Origin: Lama glama
Lineage: Eukaryota
Reading direction: 5' to 3'
Length of the DNA: 64,000 bases
Assembly (NCBI GenBank): GCA_028534125.1
Contig: CM052846.1
Location: 7,440,001-7,504,000, forward strand
Shown: one piece after another, positions 22,691 to 36,077 of the stretch
Layout of the letters: each line of letters begins with the position of its first letter
Numbering within the stretch: position 1 is the stretch's first letter
Made by a program: the position numbers and the translations under genes
Notes under the pieces: model-generated
Seen by the model: the letters and a program-made list of their open reading frames with translations, nothing else
What the model was told of the DNA's origin: nothing
Database searches by the model: none

Positions 22691-25294
22691 GTGTGTCTGA
22701 TTCTGTGCGAACATCTCAGATCTGCAATGACTGGCTTGAGACTGGGAAGTTTGATAGTATCTCAGTGACCAACTGGCTGGAAGAGGGTAGATCAGAGCTA
22801 GAGTAAGCACAGCTGTAGGAATGTGGTCAGATCACAGTATCAAGGGGGCATGGCTGATTTGGGTCCAATGCAGGCTGGTCTCAGTTTTCGTAGGAGGTCA
22901 GTCTGGGAGGAGGATATTATAATAAGGTTCTCAAAGAGATGACAGTCCCTGTTAGGCTAGAGGTAATAGCCATATTAAAGTCAGAGCACTGCCTGACAGG
23001 GTCCAGTCCCCCTGTGACAGCTGGCAAGTCACCTGGGTTCAGAACAGGACTCTAGTCCAGGAGGGAACTGGTTTACATCCTGGAAACCAGTGGTTGGGGA
23101 ACAGAGAGGAGGAAGGAAGGCTTCAGCTGGTGGACTGAGTATACCCAGGGCGGAATGACCCCTGGTGGGCCCATCTGCTCTGGGGCTCCTCAGAACTCAC
23201 GTTCATTGAGGGCCAGGCAGCTTCGCTTTCTGGCTGAGGCCACACCGCCCCATGTTCTTCTCTGTGATTAGCCTTTGATGGTGACAACAGAGTCTCCATT
23301 TTCCTTTGAGCCTAATATGGTCATTCCTATAGTTTGTTTCTTCAGACATTTTCTGGTTGCCTCTTCACATCACTGTTCTTTCTCTTCTTACTTCTTTCAT
23401 AAATAACATTAATTCTTAAAAAAAAAAAAAACCTCAAGTTGTCCTTAGGGTTAACTTCTAGCACCTTCTTTACATCCTGCCCACTTAGTTTGTCTATTAA
23501 TTTTTTCTTGCTGGGCCAGTGCTTCCTCTGCATTTAAATTCTCTGTTTTCTTCTTAAAAAGAAATTAAACTTTGATGAAGCTCTGACATATCAAAGACTA
23601 TTCCTTTTCAACATCTAATGTGCTGGTGGAGAAAAAGACTTGAGTGTTCCCTGGGAATATACATCAGATATCCTTCAAGAAACAGGTTTTATTCTGAAGA
23701 AAGGTGCCACCAGTGAGCATAGCAGGGGATAAAAGGTGGTGCAGCTCCTCTTTGAGAAGTGAGAGTTTCATTGTCTTGAGGATCTCTCACCTGAAAAATG
23801 GAGATAAAGGCAAAGAAGGGAAGGGGAGTTAGATTGTTTTAATAGGAACATTTCCAGCTATCAACAATAAGGACCATTTTTAAACTATCAGGAGAGCATT
23901 AGAGTAGGTGACCAATTGTGGATATGGGGGTTCCTGGAAATCATTGAGAAGAGGAGAGACAGTCCCCTGCCTAACTGACTTTGGCAGCATGCTACCTGCA
24001 GGTGGGTGGGATGTGCTGGCAACCAGGAACAAAAACAACTAACAAGAAAGGGGATGAGGTGTGGAGCAGGGGCTATGCTGAGCATCTTCTGGACCAGGAC
24101 AAGCACACAACCCTCATCCTCCTCATCTTCCCCCATATCCAGAATATAAAGACTTTGAAGTGCAGTTTCATTTTGCGTTAGTTAATTTCAGCGGCCTCGT
24201 GCGGCTAGGGGCTGCCATATTGGAGAGAACAGGATAAGAGGCCCGCCCGCCGCCTGGAGCAGGAAGCTAATCCACAGATGCTCATTAACTGATCGAGTAA
24301 GTGAAAGTGCAAAGGAAAAAAATAATGGAAGTAATGAATGAACAATGAAAAGGTAAATGAATACATATCTACTTGCCTTTCAGTGTTGCTCTGAGGATGA
24401 AAGGGTTTAATACACATCTAAGAACTCTAACAGACTTTACAAGCCGCCATTCTGGAGTAAGGTTCTACTTGGAAATGCGTTACTTGAAAATGCACACATT
24501 GGTGAATTGTATTTAAGTCGTTTGTGGATGGAAATCTAGAAAAATATGTAGCATATATTTTGTTATCATCTTAAAATGTGTGCCTCATGCCAGTTCTTCT
24601 GGCCATGTTATCAACCTGCTCTTCTGTTGTCATCATGCTTAACTTAAAAGCCTCTCACCCTACTTCTGGTTTGTTGTTTGCAATCTGACATACTCCAAAC
24701 AACCAAGTAACTAAGCTGTTAAGATGTTTGCCAGTGAGTGTTGGGAAGGCTCTGACTGACCGACTGTATATGATCGATACATACAGGAAGGTGTATGTCT
24801 TTGCATCCAGCGGACAAAGAGGTCAAGAAGGCATTTCATAACAATTAACGCAGACCCTGTTTGCCCTTATTTATTGCTGAGCTAAGGCTTTATGCAGAAG
24901 GCAAAGTACTGCCTTTTTGTATGATTGTGAGTTTATTGATTTGTTTCTTGGTTTATTACTTGGCACAATCTAAGTTAAGTTCTTCCTAGCTGTAGGAATC
25001 AGATGCTTGATACAGGCTTGCTCTTGCAAAACGATGGAGGGTGGACTAGATTAGATATTAGGCAATGTTAGCTCCATTCCTGGCTTAGACAGAAACCTCT
25101 GTTTGATTTGGAATGCAGGGTATACATGATTCATTTTGCTACTGTATCATGCACTTAAAAAAATACTTTTGACAACCTTGTTTTGTTGCAAGAATTGCAT
25201 CCTGCAGATTGTTCAGGAAAGGTTCTGACTGATGCATGAGAAAGTACAGACATGGTCAGAATTTGTCCCTAGCCTTCATGGCTTTGTGGCAGCT

Positions 25295-25394
25295 GAGACA
25301 GTTTGTGCCCAGCACCTGCGACAGAGAGGGGCACAGATGAGGGCTCCATAAATGATTGTTGAGTGACTAGTGAATGAATGATGGTGAATGAATC
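25295..25394 (+). mobile_element. LINE-2 3' tail
   Basis: 'cccagcacct...ggcacagatgagggctccataaatgattgttgagtg...tgaatgaatg'. Confidence 0.65.
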
Positions 25395-25660
25395 AGCGTG
25401 TGTGTGAAAGGATCAGCAGTGCACATAGCTTGCCACTAGGTTTTCATGGGATTAGGTACACCCAGCCCTTAGCTAGTCTGGGGAGTTTGTGCTGACCTTA
25501 CTTGATTGCCTGGGAAGGCTCTCCCTGGACCACTCAGACACAGCTGTCTGTTCAAATAGGATCCAACAGCAGCCTGGTTTGTCAAACACCGGAAGCTGAT
25601 AGACTGGGTCTTTTTCACATCTTTAAGCAACATGAAATGAATATTACAAAGAGTTGTTCT

Positions 25661-25674
25661 GAGCCACCTGCTGG
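25661..25674 (-). promoter_or_regulatory. CTCF core motif (1 mismatch)
   Basis: Minus strand CCAGCAGGTGGCTC versus CCASYAGRKGGCRS. Confidence 0.45.
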
Positions 25675-25939
25675 CAGCCACTGGTTCCCTAAGGCCAGCT
25701 GAGTCAGAGACATCCACCAGATCCAATTTGGTTTTTCTGATTTAATTGGCAATTTTACTGGATAGCTGGAGGGGGCTCCCCTTCATCTCTGGCAGATCTG
25801 GCTGAGTCGTACACAGCAGACGTTCTGCAAGGGAGCTGCTCTGGGGCACTTGGACCTGGCTGGGCAGGCTGCAGGACTCATTCTTCGGCACCTCAGAGGA
25901 GTGGAGAGGCAAGGGCTGTTGTGCCAACGACCAGGGCAG

Positions 25940-25953
25940 CCAGTAGGGGGCAG
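25940..25953 (+). promoter_or_regulatory. CTCF core motif
   Basis: CCAGTAGGGGGCAG, a perfect match to CCASYAGRKGGCRS. Confidence 0.6.
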
Positions 25954-27207
25954 CCACTGCACTCTTCTTGCCGAGGGCCCCTGGTTGATGGTGAACGAGA
26001 GGCTTGGTGTTGTGAGTGGTCACTGCCTCTGACCTTGAGTCAGAGAGAACCGGGGGCAAGTGTTTTTATCTCTGTTCTTTGAGGGGCAGAGTTTTATGAA
26101 AGTAACTGAAAAATAGCATCAAATGAAGTAAGTTTCACACCAGCAAGAGCCCTGGGAAGAAGGGCGTTCTGTTTGGCCTTCACGAGGCCATTCTGGTGCT
26201 GGAGGGGGTAGAGCCCTTCTTCTGCCTCTTTTCTTCCATTTGCACTCCAATCTTGTGTCTTGCAAATTTTTGAAGTGGTCCAGACCGTAAAAGGACCACA
26301 GTGACTGCACAATCAGGGGCCTCGTATGAGACAGCAGGTCAACAGCAGCGGTCGTCAGTGCATGAAATCAACAAGTCCCCTGCACGGCTAGCATGCAGGC
26401 CACGAAGCAGAGGAGACTGATCAGCACCATCGGAGGGGGCCGTTGGCTCTTCGGGGAAAACACATGAGCTCTCAGAGGCCCAGAGGTCATCCTGGAGGAG
26501 CTGGGGTTCCAGCAGATTCGCCAGGGGGACTCAGTGCATTCTGCTCTCCCCTCTTTGATCTGAACTCTCTGAACCCTTGAGGTCTGAGAAACCGAGTTCT
26601 GTTTAACCACTCATTCACGGGACCGCATGGTCACCTGCATGGAATCAAGCAAGTTGTCCTGCGTCTTTCCTGATGCTTTGGGGAGACACAGTACAAGATG
26701 AAAGGGGAAAAAAGACATCCCATCGCTTTCTTCCCTTGAGGATTTTGTCATGTCACGGAAGCTGTAAGTACAGTGTTGACAGATGTGCCAGACGTGGCAA
26801 TTCTAACCGAGAAGATTGAATGAAAAACTTCACTGAGGGCTTGGGTGACACCCTGATTCCTGTCTGCTGTTACGGAAGAGGGCTTCTTCATCAGGCCGCC
26901 ATGGCCCCCCGAGGAGCATGGCTCTCAGGGACGTGGGCCCAGCTGTTCATCAGCGTGTACTTCCACGTGTTTGACTCCTGGCTGAATATAAAAACCCACA
27001 AGTGCTCCACAAAGAACCCCTTCCTTAAGACGTAGACAAAGCAGGTCAAGGTCTTCTACAGATGTTCTAAGAAAGAGAGGGGGGCACTCAATGCCAAGAG
27101 TTGATTGAAGGAACAGTTGTGACCCATGTTATTAAGAAGTCACACTTGACTAGTTGCAAGCTGATGAATTAATTGAATAAACAAAGGAAAATCAAAGCAT
27201 TTAAATG

Positions 27208-27264
27208 CACACACACATGAGAACACACACACATGAGAACACACACACACACACACACACACAC
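27208..27264. repeat. Compound (CA)n microsatellite interrupted twice by TGAGA
   Basis: Seen directly. Confidence 0.95.
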
Positions 27265-27590
27265 CCCACTTGACTAAAAGGTCCATTAGCTTCCCCTTAT
27301 TAGGAAACCTTAACTAATCAATCCATGTCAGTCGGATGCCAAAACAGATGTAAGAGAAACTGAGTTCATGCATCTGACATCAGAGATGGACAGAGCACCC
27401 AATAGCCACCTGGGTGTTAGCATTACCTACGGGTGGTGGGAGATCCAACATACAACCCTTAAACCAAGAATAAACAGCAGGCCTTTGGAACAGAAGGTCC
27501 CCAGGCATTGGAACCATCGTTTGTTTCATGTTGACTGAAGAGTTTCAGCAAAACCAGTATTTTTGAGACAAAAAAAAAAAAAAAGCAAAG

Positions 27591-27760
27591 CAGAGGTTCT
27601 CTAACCAGAATGTGCCCAAGGACCACCTGGGAGTTTGTTAAAATTGCAAATTCCTGTCCCACCAGGAAAGACTGGGATTCAGTAACCTCAGGTGGGGCTT
27701 GGGAGGCTCAGCTTTCAGCGGGTCCTTAGGTGCCTCGGGACTGTAGTCCGAGAAACACTG
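27591..27760. mobile_element. MER5A/B (hAT-Charlie MITE)
   Basis: 'cagaggttctctaac...ccacctgggagtttgttaaaattgcaaattcctg...ggtggggcttggga...gagaaacactg'. Confidence 0.8.
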
Positions 27761-28862
27761 ACCCATGGCCGCCATCAGACTAACGGAAAATATTACATTA
27801 GCCATTTTCTTATTTACTTATTTTTTAACTCAAACTCATGAGTCAGAACCTCACACGTGCCAAGTACCGTGCCAGAGATACAGAGGTAAATATCACACAG
27901 TTCCTGCCCTCAGGAAGCTCAGAGTTGAGTGGAGCTTGAAAGTGTCTGAGGACAGTTTAGAACTCATCTCTTACCCTCTATCACATACCTCTGCTACCAG
28001 AACACCCTAGCTTGAGGGAAGGCACGTCATTCTCTAATCAAGTTTATTACATGAAAAAAAAAGACTGGAAAAAGGTTGTAAGCAATATTATTTGGAATAA
28101 AGCCATTAAATGTTAACATTATGTGACATAACCTGTTATTTACAGCCACCATCTAGTATAGCAGTTTTTCCAAAATAAATTTAGTAGCTGAGAGATTAAA
28201 TGTTTGGTTATTTTTGCCAGAATCCCATTTCCCAGTGCCTTAGGATCCATCACATCTCCTGGCATTCTTTTTCAAGTGGGAAACTGAGATTGTTGTCTGG
28301 GAAGGGGAACTGAGACCACTGACCCAGCACCTACTGAAGGAAACTGCCTGGATCCCACAAAACAGAGGTTTTGACTAACCTTGACAGAACCTGATAATCC
28401 AGGTTGTTTAAAAAGTTCCTGAACTCTTGTGTAGGCAGGTTTAGAGCCTCATCTTGATGTCATAGACAGTGTTACTCTCCATTTTGGGGGTTATAGAATC
28501 CACGGTGCAGATAGTTTTAAGTGGTCTTTTAAGGTTGCACTGAAAATCTGTTGCAAAGCCAGGAAGTGAATTTCTCCTCCTGCGTTCTCTAAGAATTTGA
28601 GATGTAAAGCCCTTTATGTTTCCTCTTGATCATGTTTCCTGGGGGAGGTGGGAATGACTAAGATGGATGTCTGTGGAAGAATGAATAGTGATGATGCATT
28701 ATGTAAGGCTCAATGGAAGTTGTGAATTCACCAGATGCTTGGGAAGTCAGCAGCTTCTCTATTATGCATTTCCCTGGCCTGAGCTTGGATGTTTTCCAGA
28801 AAGCAGTTACAGAGGCAAGTGGAAGGACCTGGTGTGTGTGAGTGTATGTGAGTGCATGTATA

Positions 28863-28864
<2 letters not shown>

Positions 28865-28894
<30 letters not shown>
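28865..28894. repeat. (TG)15 microsatellite, with degenerate GT repeats from 28832
   Basis: Seen directly. Confidence 0.95.
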
Positions 28895-28896
<2 letters not shown>

Positions 28897-29245
28897 CTCT
28901 AACTTGTTAAAATAAGTAACGTGTGAGCAACTTTCAAATCTTCCTCTAACTTAATGATGAGCTTCGATTTTACAGGAAATCAAATTAGAGGCTGAAAAAA
29001 CCCTGGATCCTTACTTCTAAGCAAGCTAGCCTCTAGGCAGTCATTTTTAGGGGAATCAGGTCCTTACCACGAAGTTTGCTTAGCAACACGTTTTCTTGAT
29101 GACGGTTCTCAAAGCAGAGGAAAGTGAATGGCGGTTTGATTAACCACAGGCCATAATGGCTATATCAGTTTCTTTTGTAAGTGAAAGATTGTCTTTGCAT
29201 ATTCATAAGGGGGGCATCCAAGCAGCGCTGCTGGAGCTGTCAGGG

Positions 29246-29430
29246 NNNNNNNNNNNNNNNNNNNNNNNNNNNNNNNNNNNNNNNNNNNNNNNNNNNNNNN
29301 NNNNNNNNNNNNNNNNNNNNNNNNNNNNNNNNNNNNNNNNNNNNNNNNNNNNNNNNNNNNNNNNNNNNNNNNNNNNNNNNNNNNNNNNNNNNNNNNNNNN
29401 NNNNNNNNNNNNNNNNNNNNNNNNNNNNNN
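29246..29430. other. Assembly gap (185 N)
   Basis: Seen directly. Confidence 1.
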
Positions 29431-31248
29431 ACTCACTGAATAGGTTGGTTTCAATACAATCCTGAAGCCTTTGAAATGAACTGTGACCAGGACAGGAGAG
29501 CCAAAGGACACATAGGAACTGAGAAGCATGAAAGTCAATCCAATTATCTCAGCAGCTGGGGGTGGGGGCTAGTATATAAATTGGACATTGTGTGGGATGA
29601 AGGATACATTTTGTGTATTAGGATAATTTACATTTTCCTAATAAAATTCCACTGTAATGAGCTTGGCCAAACGGATTTAACCTGTTAAAATGATTCACCA
29701 GAATCATCTGAATTAGGAAAATAAATAGAAGGCTTACATCATTTATACCAGAGTCAAGCAGTTGCTAAAGATAAAGCATTATTTCATGTATGTAATTTTT
29801 TTTGTCTTTTAAAGTTACTTTAAATGTATTATCTCATTTTATCCTCCAAACAGGCTTCATGATGAGAATCTAGGCTAAATTATTTACATCCTGTCTTAGA
29901 ATTACTGACCAGGCTAAGATTAGAATTCAGTGCCCTTTCCACTAAACCTCATTGCTTCCTTCTGAACACTTAGAATCTTGGCCTTGTCTGACTCTCCAGT
30001 TTCATAAAAGCATCCTTATGTCAAAGCGTATTCCCTTCTAGAGACTTAACTCTGGAGAGGCGATCACGGCTACCTGTCTAAGGGTAAATCGGAAATAGAT
30101 TTCCACACACCACTGCTTCCACTCCAGCCTGCATTTCACAAAGTCTGGGGGCGAGGAACCTGTTCACAGACGTTTTGCAAAAGACTCACGTGAAGGTAAG
30201 AGCCAGACTCTCAGTGCAGCTTCACGACAGTTTCTACTCAAGACGCGGACTTGGCGTTGTGGATACGCACGCTGAGTAGTAAAGACTTTTCAGGGAACCA
30301 GTTTTGCCTGTGAGCGACGAGAGCCCATTTTTTTGATCCCTAAATTCAGCTTCCAGGAACCTTTCAACAAATGTATGCTGCATTATTCTCATTATTCAAT
30401 TATGACAGTCTTTCCCCCAGCATTTTAATTAGCACTCATTTACTGAGAATTAAACTGTCATTTTAGTTGAACTCAAAGGAGTACCCCAGGGACACGCATT
30501 CCACAAGATAATAAAAGCACCATAGAATCCTGATGCTTCAGCAGTTTCGACTGGAGTCACGGCAAGGCTTTTCCGTCAGCCATTTCTGATGGGGTTTCAT
30601 CACGACGCTTTACCAGTGGTTGGGGATGGGCGGAGGGGGGACATCATCACTCTACACCTGAAAATTTGAGGACTTACTGTCTTGGATCAAGAAGCTCTGA
30701 TCTTTGATTCCTACTTGATATTAAACAGAAAAGTCAGAAGAGGATGAGCATGTTAGTGCTGGACTCCGGCTTCCAGCCCTGGCTTTCTCCCCGGACCACT
30801 GTGTTCTCGAGGTACGTTCTGGCCCGGTCTTCCCACAGATGCCATGGGTACCAGGATAACTGTTCAGCACGTGGGCTGTGCTTGTGGCTTCAGCTGCTTT
30901 TCTGGATCTGTCCTCACCTCTTCAGAGCCATCACTTTTTCTTGACATTTACACTATAAAATATTTCATGTCTGAGTATAACAGGAAACAGTGTCAAGACT
31001 GTGAGATGACGAAGCCCTGAAGAAGGTCCCAGGGTTATGTCTAAAAAATGCCATTTCCTTTCATTTCTACCGGTTCCAGGGAGAACCCGTGTTTTTTGTT
31101 GCTGTTGTTTTGTTTTGTTTTTAAACTCACTCGAGAGGGTTCACTTTACAGACTTTCACACTTTCTGTTCTGTTGGCCAAGTGATTCACCAGTTTTGAAA
31201 ACCTAAATGACCTTAGTTAATTAAAACAAGCATAAATCACAGGACCAT

Positions 31249-31544
31249 GATTAAAAGGTACAAACCTCCAGTTATAAGATAAGTTAGCCCTGGGAATGTA
31301 ACGTCCAGCATGGGAACTGTAGTCAGCCATCCTCTATTATATATTTGCAAGGTGTTAAGAGAGTAGATCTTAAACATTCACATCACACACTAAAAATTGT
31401 AACTGAGGAGGTGGATGTTAGCTAAACTTACTGTGGTGATCATTTCACAGTATATACAAATATTGAATTATTAGGTTGTACATCTTAGACTAATACAATG
31501 TTATATGTCAGTTATATCTCAATAAAACTAGGGAAAAAGTCGCC
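31249..31544 (+). mobile_element. Short 5'-truncated L1 3'UTR (L1MA-like) with 14-bp TSD
   Basis: 'aaaaggtacaaacctccagttataagataag...gagagtagatcttaaa...ttatatctcaataaaactagggaaaaa'; TSD AATCACAGGACCAT at 31235-31248 and 31545-31558. Confidence 0.9.
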
Positions 31545-31558
31545 AATCACAGGACCAT

Positions 31559-31720
31559 AGTATTTTTAGAAGAGACATGACCTGAGCAGTCCAGTGGCAT
31601 CTAACACCCCCACTTTACAGCTGGGAAGACTGAGGGTCAGGGAAGTTAGGCGACTTTTCCAGGACCAAATAACTATTTGTGGGAGATGAAAACTAGAGTT
31701 CAAGTGTCCTAGTTTTCATG
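31559..31720 (-). mobile_element. MIR3/MIRc
   Basis: 'catctaacacccccactttacagctgggaagactgagggtcagggaagttaggcgacttttcc'. Confidence 0.7.
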
Positions 31721-33646
31721 TGTTTGTTTTCTCTCTGTCCAGGAGGCAGAGTATTGTAGCAAGACAGACCAGGAACTCTGGAGTCCAAGTGCCGGGGTAT
31801 ATACTCCAGCTCCATCGCTATATACTGAGTCACTTTAAGAGAAAGCCTTAATTTTCATGAAAGTACGTCTCTCAGTGTCTAACATATAGTAAGGGCTCAA
31901 ATGTATTATCTGTTGTCATGACTGTATCTCTGTTCTCCACGAGTCCTTACAGTCACCTGAGAATAGAAAGCAGACATTCATGTTTTGTCTGACTGTCTCC
32001 TGTCTCTTGACTTCAGCCATGCTTTGTATCAACTCTTTGAGAACAACCATGCAAGGAGTGATGTCAGTCCATCTTTAAGATAAAAAAATAGAAATAATTT
32101 GTCCAAGGCCCCAGAACCAACAAATCAAGGCTCTTATTTAATCACAAAATCTCGACAGCTTCTGTTATTTCAGGTAGATATCACTTATGGCTCTAAGTCT
32201 AGACCGCTCAGATGCTGGTTGCTTCGTGCAGTTTTATTTTTGCTGGGGGGATAGGGTGAGTAGCATGCATCTTTCTGAAATACATTTTGGAAGTGCATTC
32301 TGCTGTTTGCTGATGAGATGGCTTCCCCTCCAAACCTCTTCCCTCTTAGCACTAGAGATTCATCTCTTCTTCCCTTGGCTCCCCGGTAAAGTGGAGAAGA
32401 AAGTTTAGAAGTCCTATGAGAAGGGAGGGTGAATTTCTAATGTAAGTGAGAGTGTCTTACTTTTGTTGTTTCTTAAGGCTGTGTTTGGCTTTAACAAGAC
32501 AGGGAAGAAAAAGACTTCTTTGAAAAATAGGCTAGAATAACATGAGATGGGGGGAAAGTAAGACATTTCATTTTTTTCTTCTGACAGAATTCTCCAGGAC
32601 CATGTGCTCTGTGCTCATTGATGGTCTGCCTTATTGATGTTCCTCACGCACAAGTCTGGAGCTCGTATCAGAGTTTCCGTTAAATCTTGGTTTCCTTTTA
32701 GTTCGAGTTCTCTTATTCTTGTGTGTGGTTTTGAATTTTCTTGGTAAAGTTAAGAGGGGGAAAAACCCATCCTGAAAAAATGAACATCTCTTCTGCTCTC
32801 ATCAATTTGAGAAAAAGAGATTAAAGAGTTCTGATGTCTACCCTGCAGATGCGAAGCTACAGGCAGTAGGAGGGCCTGAATGGTGTCTTATCAGAAGCCA
32901 GGCTGCAGCAAGCGTTGGCCAGGTATTCTCTTGAACGTAGTCAAAGCAACAGTCAGCCAGTCAGTCAACACTCACTTGCTCCGGGTGCTGGGGAAGCAGC
33001 GGTAAACGTAACGGTATCATTGTCCTTAGTTTTCAACCTGTTGGTGAGAAGAAATGCAGGAAACATACAAGTAAGTTCAAGATTCAACAATAAGGTGATC
33101 ATTCTACTGTATGTTAAATAAGCAGCTGCACATCACTAAGTACTTGTCTGTGGGCTGTCTCACTGAGTCCTCACATGGATGGTTGTGGTTTTCCAGGTGG
33201 ACGCTAGGCACTCGGGTGGGAGACCCTCTCTGCCATCTCTCTCTGTTCAGTTCCTTTCACTTTGGGATGGTGCTGCTTTGAACCACGCTTCCTTCCTTTA
33301 TCGGAGGTCAGCGTCTCCTCTCGTCTTCATCACCACTCTCTCCCGAAGTGAGCTCACCCAACCACTGACTGTACACGTCCTCCCTGACGGTGCTCCCAGG
33401 TTGAGATCTTCATCGCTCACCTCCCCTCTGAGTTCCAGATTCTTCCATTTAGCTAAGTAACTAACTGTAGATTATACCTTTAATTAGATACCTCAGAGGA
33501 AGCTGTGTTAACGATACCCAGAATGGAACTCTTGATTTTCTCCTGCTCTCAAAGTCTTTCTCATCACCCAGCTTCCATCCCTTTCAGTCTTGCCTCTAAA
33601 GAAAGAGAGCAGCACCAAGTCACTCACAGGGTCAGACCAGAAACTT

Positions 33647-34146
33647 NNNNNNNNNNNNNNNNNNNNNNNNNNNNNNNNNNNNNNNNNNNNNNNNNNNNNN
33701 NNNNNNNNNNNNNNNNNNNNNNNNNNNNNNNNNNNNNNNNNNNNNNNNNNNNNNNNNNNNNNNNNNNNNNNNNNNNNNNNNNNNNNNNNNNNNNNNNNNN
33801 NNNNNNNNNNNNNNNNNNNNNNNNNNNNNNNNNNNNNNNNNNNNNNNNNNNNNNNNNNNNNNNNNNNNNNNNNNNNNNNNNNNNNNNNNNNNNNNNNNNN
33901 NNNNNNNNNNNNNNNNNNNNNNNNNNNNNNNNNNNNNNNNNNNNNNNNNNNNNNNNNNNNNNNNNNNNNNNNNNNNNNNNNNNNNNNNNNNNNNNNNNNN
34001 NNNNNNNNNNNNNNNNNNNNNNNNNNNNNNNNNNNNNNNNNNNNNNNNNNNNNNNNNNNNNNNNNNNNNNNNNNNNNNNNNNNNNNNNNNNNNNNNNNNN
34101 NNNNNNNNNNNNNNNNNNNNNNNNNNNNNNNNNNNNNNNNNNNNNN
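33647..34146. other. Assembly gap (exactly 500 N, probably a placeholder)
   Basis: Seen directly. Confidence 1.
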
Positions 34147-35389
34147 TTGTGAGGGCTACACATGGTTTCTGCCCGTGACAGTTCATGTTCTAGGCCACAA
34201 AAGAAGCCAGACAAGTTATGTAACAGGGAGCCCCTGAGGCACGGCAAAATTCATACCCATTGTGCAGAGCCAGTGAGTCTAATTTGAGTGGGATCTCTAC
34301 CTGGGGTAGAATCATCCAAGAAAACATTATAGGAAAGTTGGTTTTTAGCTCAGGCACTACCGTTTAAGTCCTATGACTCAGTTTCCTTAGCTGTAAAATG
34401 GGCACCATTATAGGATTAAGTGGTATTGGAAGCAGATGAAATGCTTCAAGCCTGTTTGACTGCAGAAATCATGCTTTCACCAACACACACTGCCTTCATA
34501 ACAGGACAATCAAGTATTTTCAGTGTGTAAAATGAATTGATGAAAGTTACAGCTACGAATGATGGCTGGACAGAATTCACCCTGTGCGGCCGAGGAACTC
34601 CACGACAGTGACCTTTGATGTCCTCCCTTCCACATAGCTGTGTATACCGTTTTCTCCCTCAGTGGATTGTGATTCAGCGCATATGCATTTTCCCTTTTAT
34701 CTTGCCATTTGCATGCTTATATTAGACACGGCTTTGGTTGGACCTGCATCTGTTGAGATGGCCAGCCAATAATAGAAGCCCCACAGGGACTGATGCGGTT
34801 TGGTTTCGGGAGTGGATCTAGCGAGTGAGGTCTAGGTCAGGAAGCTATTAGCTGCAGAGTCAGGGAATATATTCAGCTGTCATCACTTTGTAATTAAAAC
34901 AGCCTGGTGGCACTTGCATTCCACCACTCTGTTGCAGATAACTGAGCCCCACCCTCTCCCGTGCCCTGGGGTCCTCCCACAGAACAGGGCAAGTGTCTGC
35001 TCCTTGGTCCCAGGTCTCTGGGGCTTGTTCAGAGACCACGAGAAACCTGATTTTTAGGAGAAAGCTGGCACAATGTAGATTCTGTCCCCAGCTCCACCTT
35101 TAGTAACTGCATCGTGGTGAGAGTACTCATACCATGGAAATCTGCACAAGCTATGAGTCAGGGCTTCCCCTCCCTGGAGAGCGGCCCGTTAAACACTGCC
35201 CATCTCACCTCTGGGGGGGGGGGAGGGCGGTGAGTCCCAGCTGGTAACTCCTGAGAGTGCCACTGTGAAGTAGGATTTTCCATACACTAGACTTCTTCAT
35301 TTTCCATCACATTAAATCTCCTTGTTTCATTGCTTAGATAGACTGGAAACTTGAGAAACAATACGGGCTCATTTTAAGAGCCCACTCAG

Positions 35390-35578
35390 CTAGACATAAG
35401 TTAAAATCCCTACTCTGTAACTACTTGTCACGTGCTCTGATCTTTCTTACTTAACTGATTTAAACCTTGGTTTTCTCATCTGTAAAATGGGACTAATAAT
35501 AGTATCAACTACTTGAGGTCACTGTGAACATTCAGTGAAACCTTTCGTATAAAGCACTGCCTACAGAACCTGGCATGA
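35390..35578 (+). mobile_element. MIR SINE
   Basis: 'ccttggttttctcatctgtaaaatgggactaataatagtatc...aaagcactgcctacagaacctggca'. Confidence 0.8.
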
Positions 35579-36077
35579 AACGACCATGCCGTAAAACGTG
35601 GGCTGTCATATCCATCAGTGTTTATCGTTCTCGTTGGAGGGGAGGGGGACACGCTAAAAAACTGATCTGGTGTAGACTCGCCATGTTCAGCCAGGCTTGT
35701 CACGGATGTAGAAGTTTAATAAGGACATTATTTGACACAGTTATCTGAACCACGTAACAGTGAAGTGTACTAATCGGGTGCCACTGCACTTAATTAAAAT
35801 GTTTTATTTATTACCCTGGTGTTTTTTTTTTTTTGCATTTAAAGATATTGTGCACAACAAAACGCAGCATAGTCCCCACTCTCTTCAGTTGGCATAATAT
35901 ACAAATTATATATTCAGCACTTACAGCAATATGCAAATAAAGCATCAACGTATTTGCGGCTTCATCAACACAAAGCATTTATTTTGTGCCTGTTTTCCAT
36001 AGGCACACCAGAACAAAATGATTTCTGAAAAATAGAGTTCCTAGTCTTTTGGAGTTTATGGTATGTAAGAGACAATA

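Noticed and set aside
26420-26441. REST/NRSE-like ATCAGCACC-ATC-GGAGGGGGCC
   Set aside because: Non-canonical spacer and three mismatches in the right half-site
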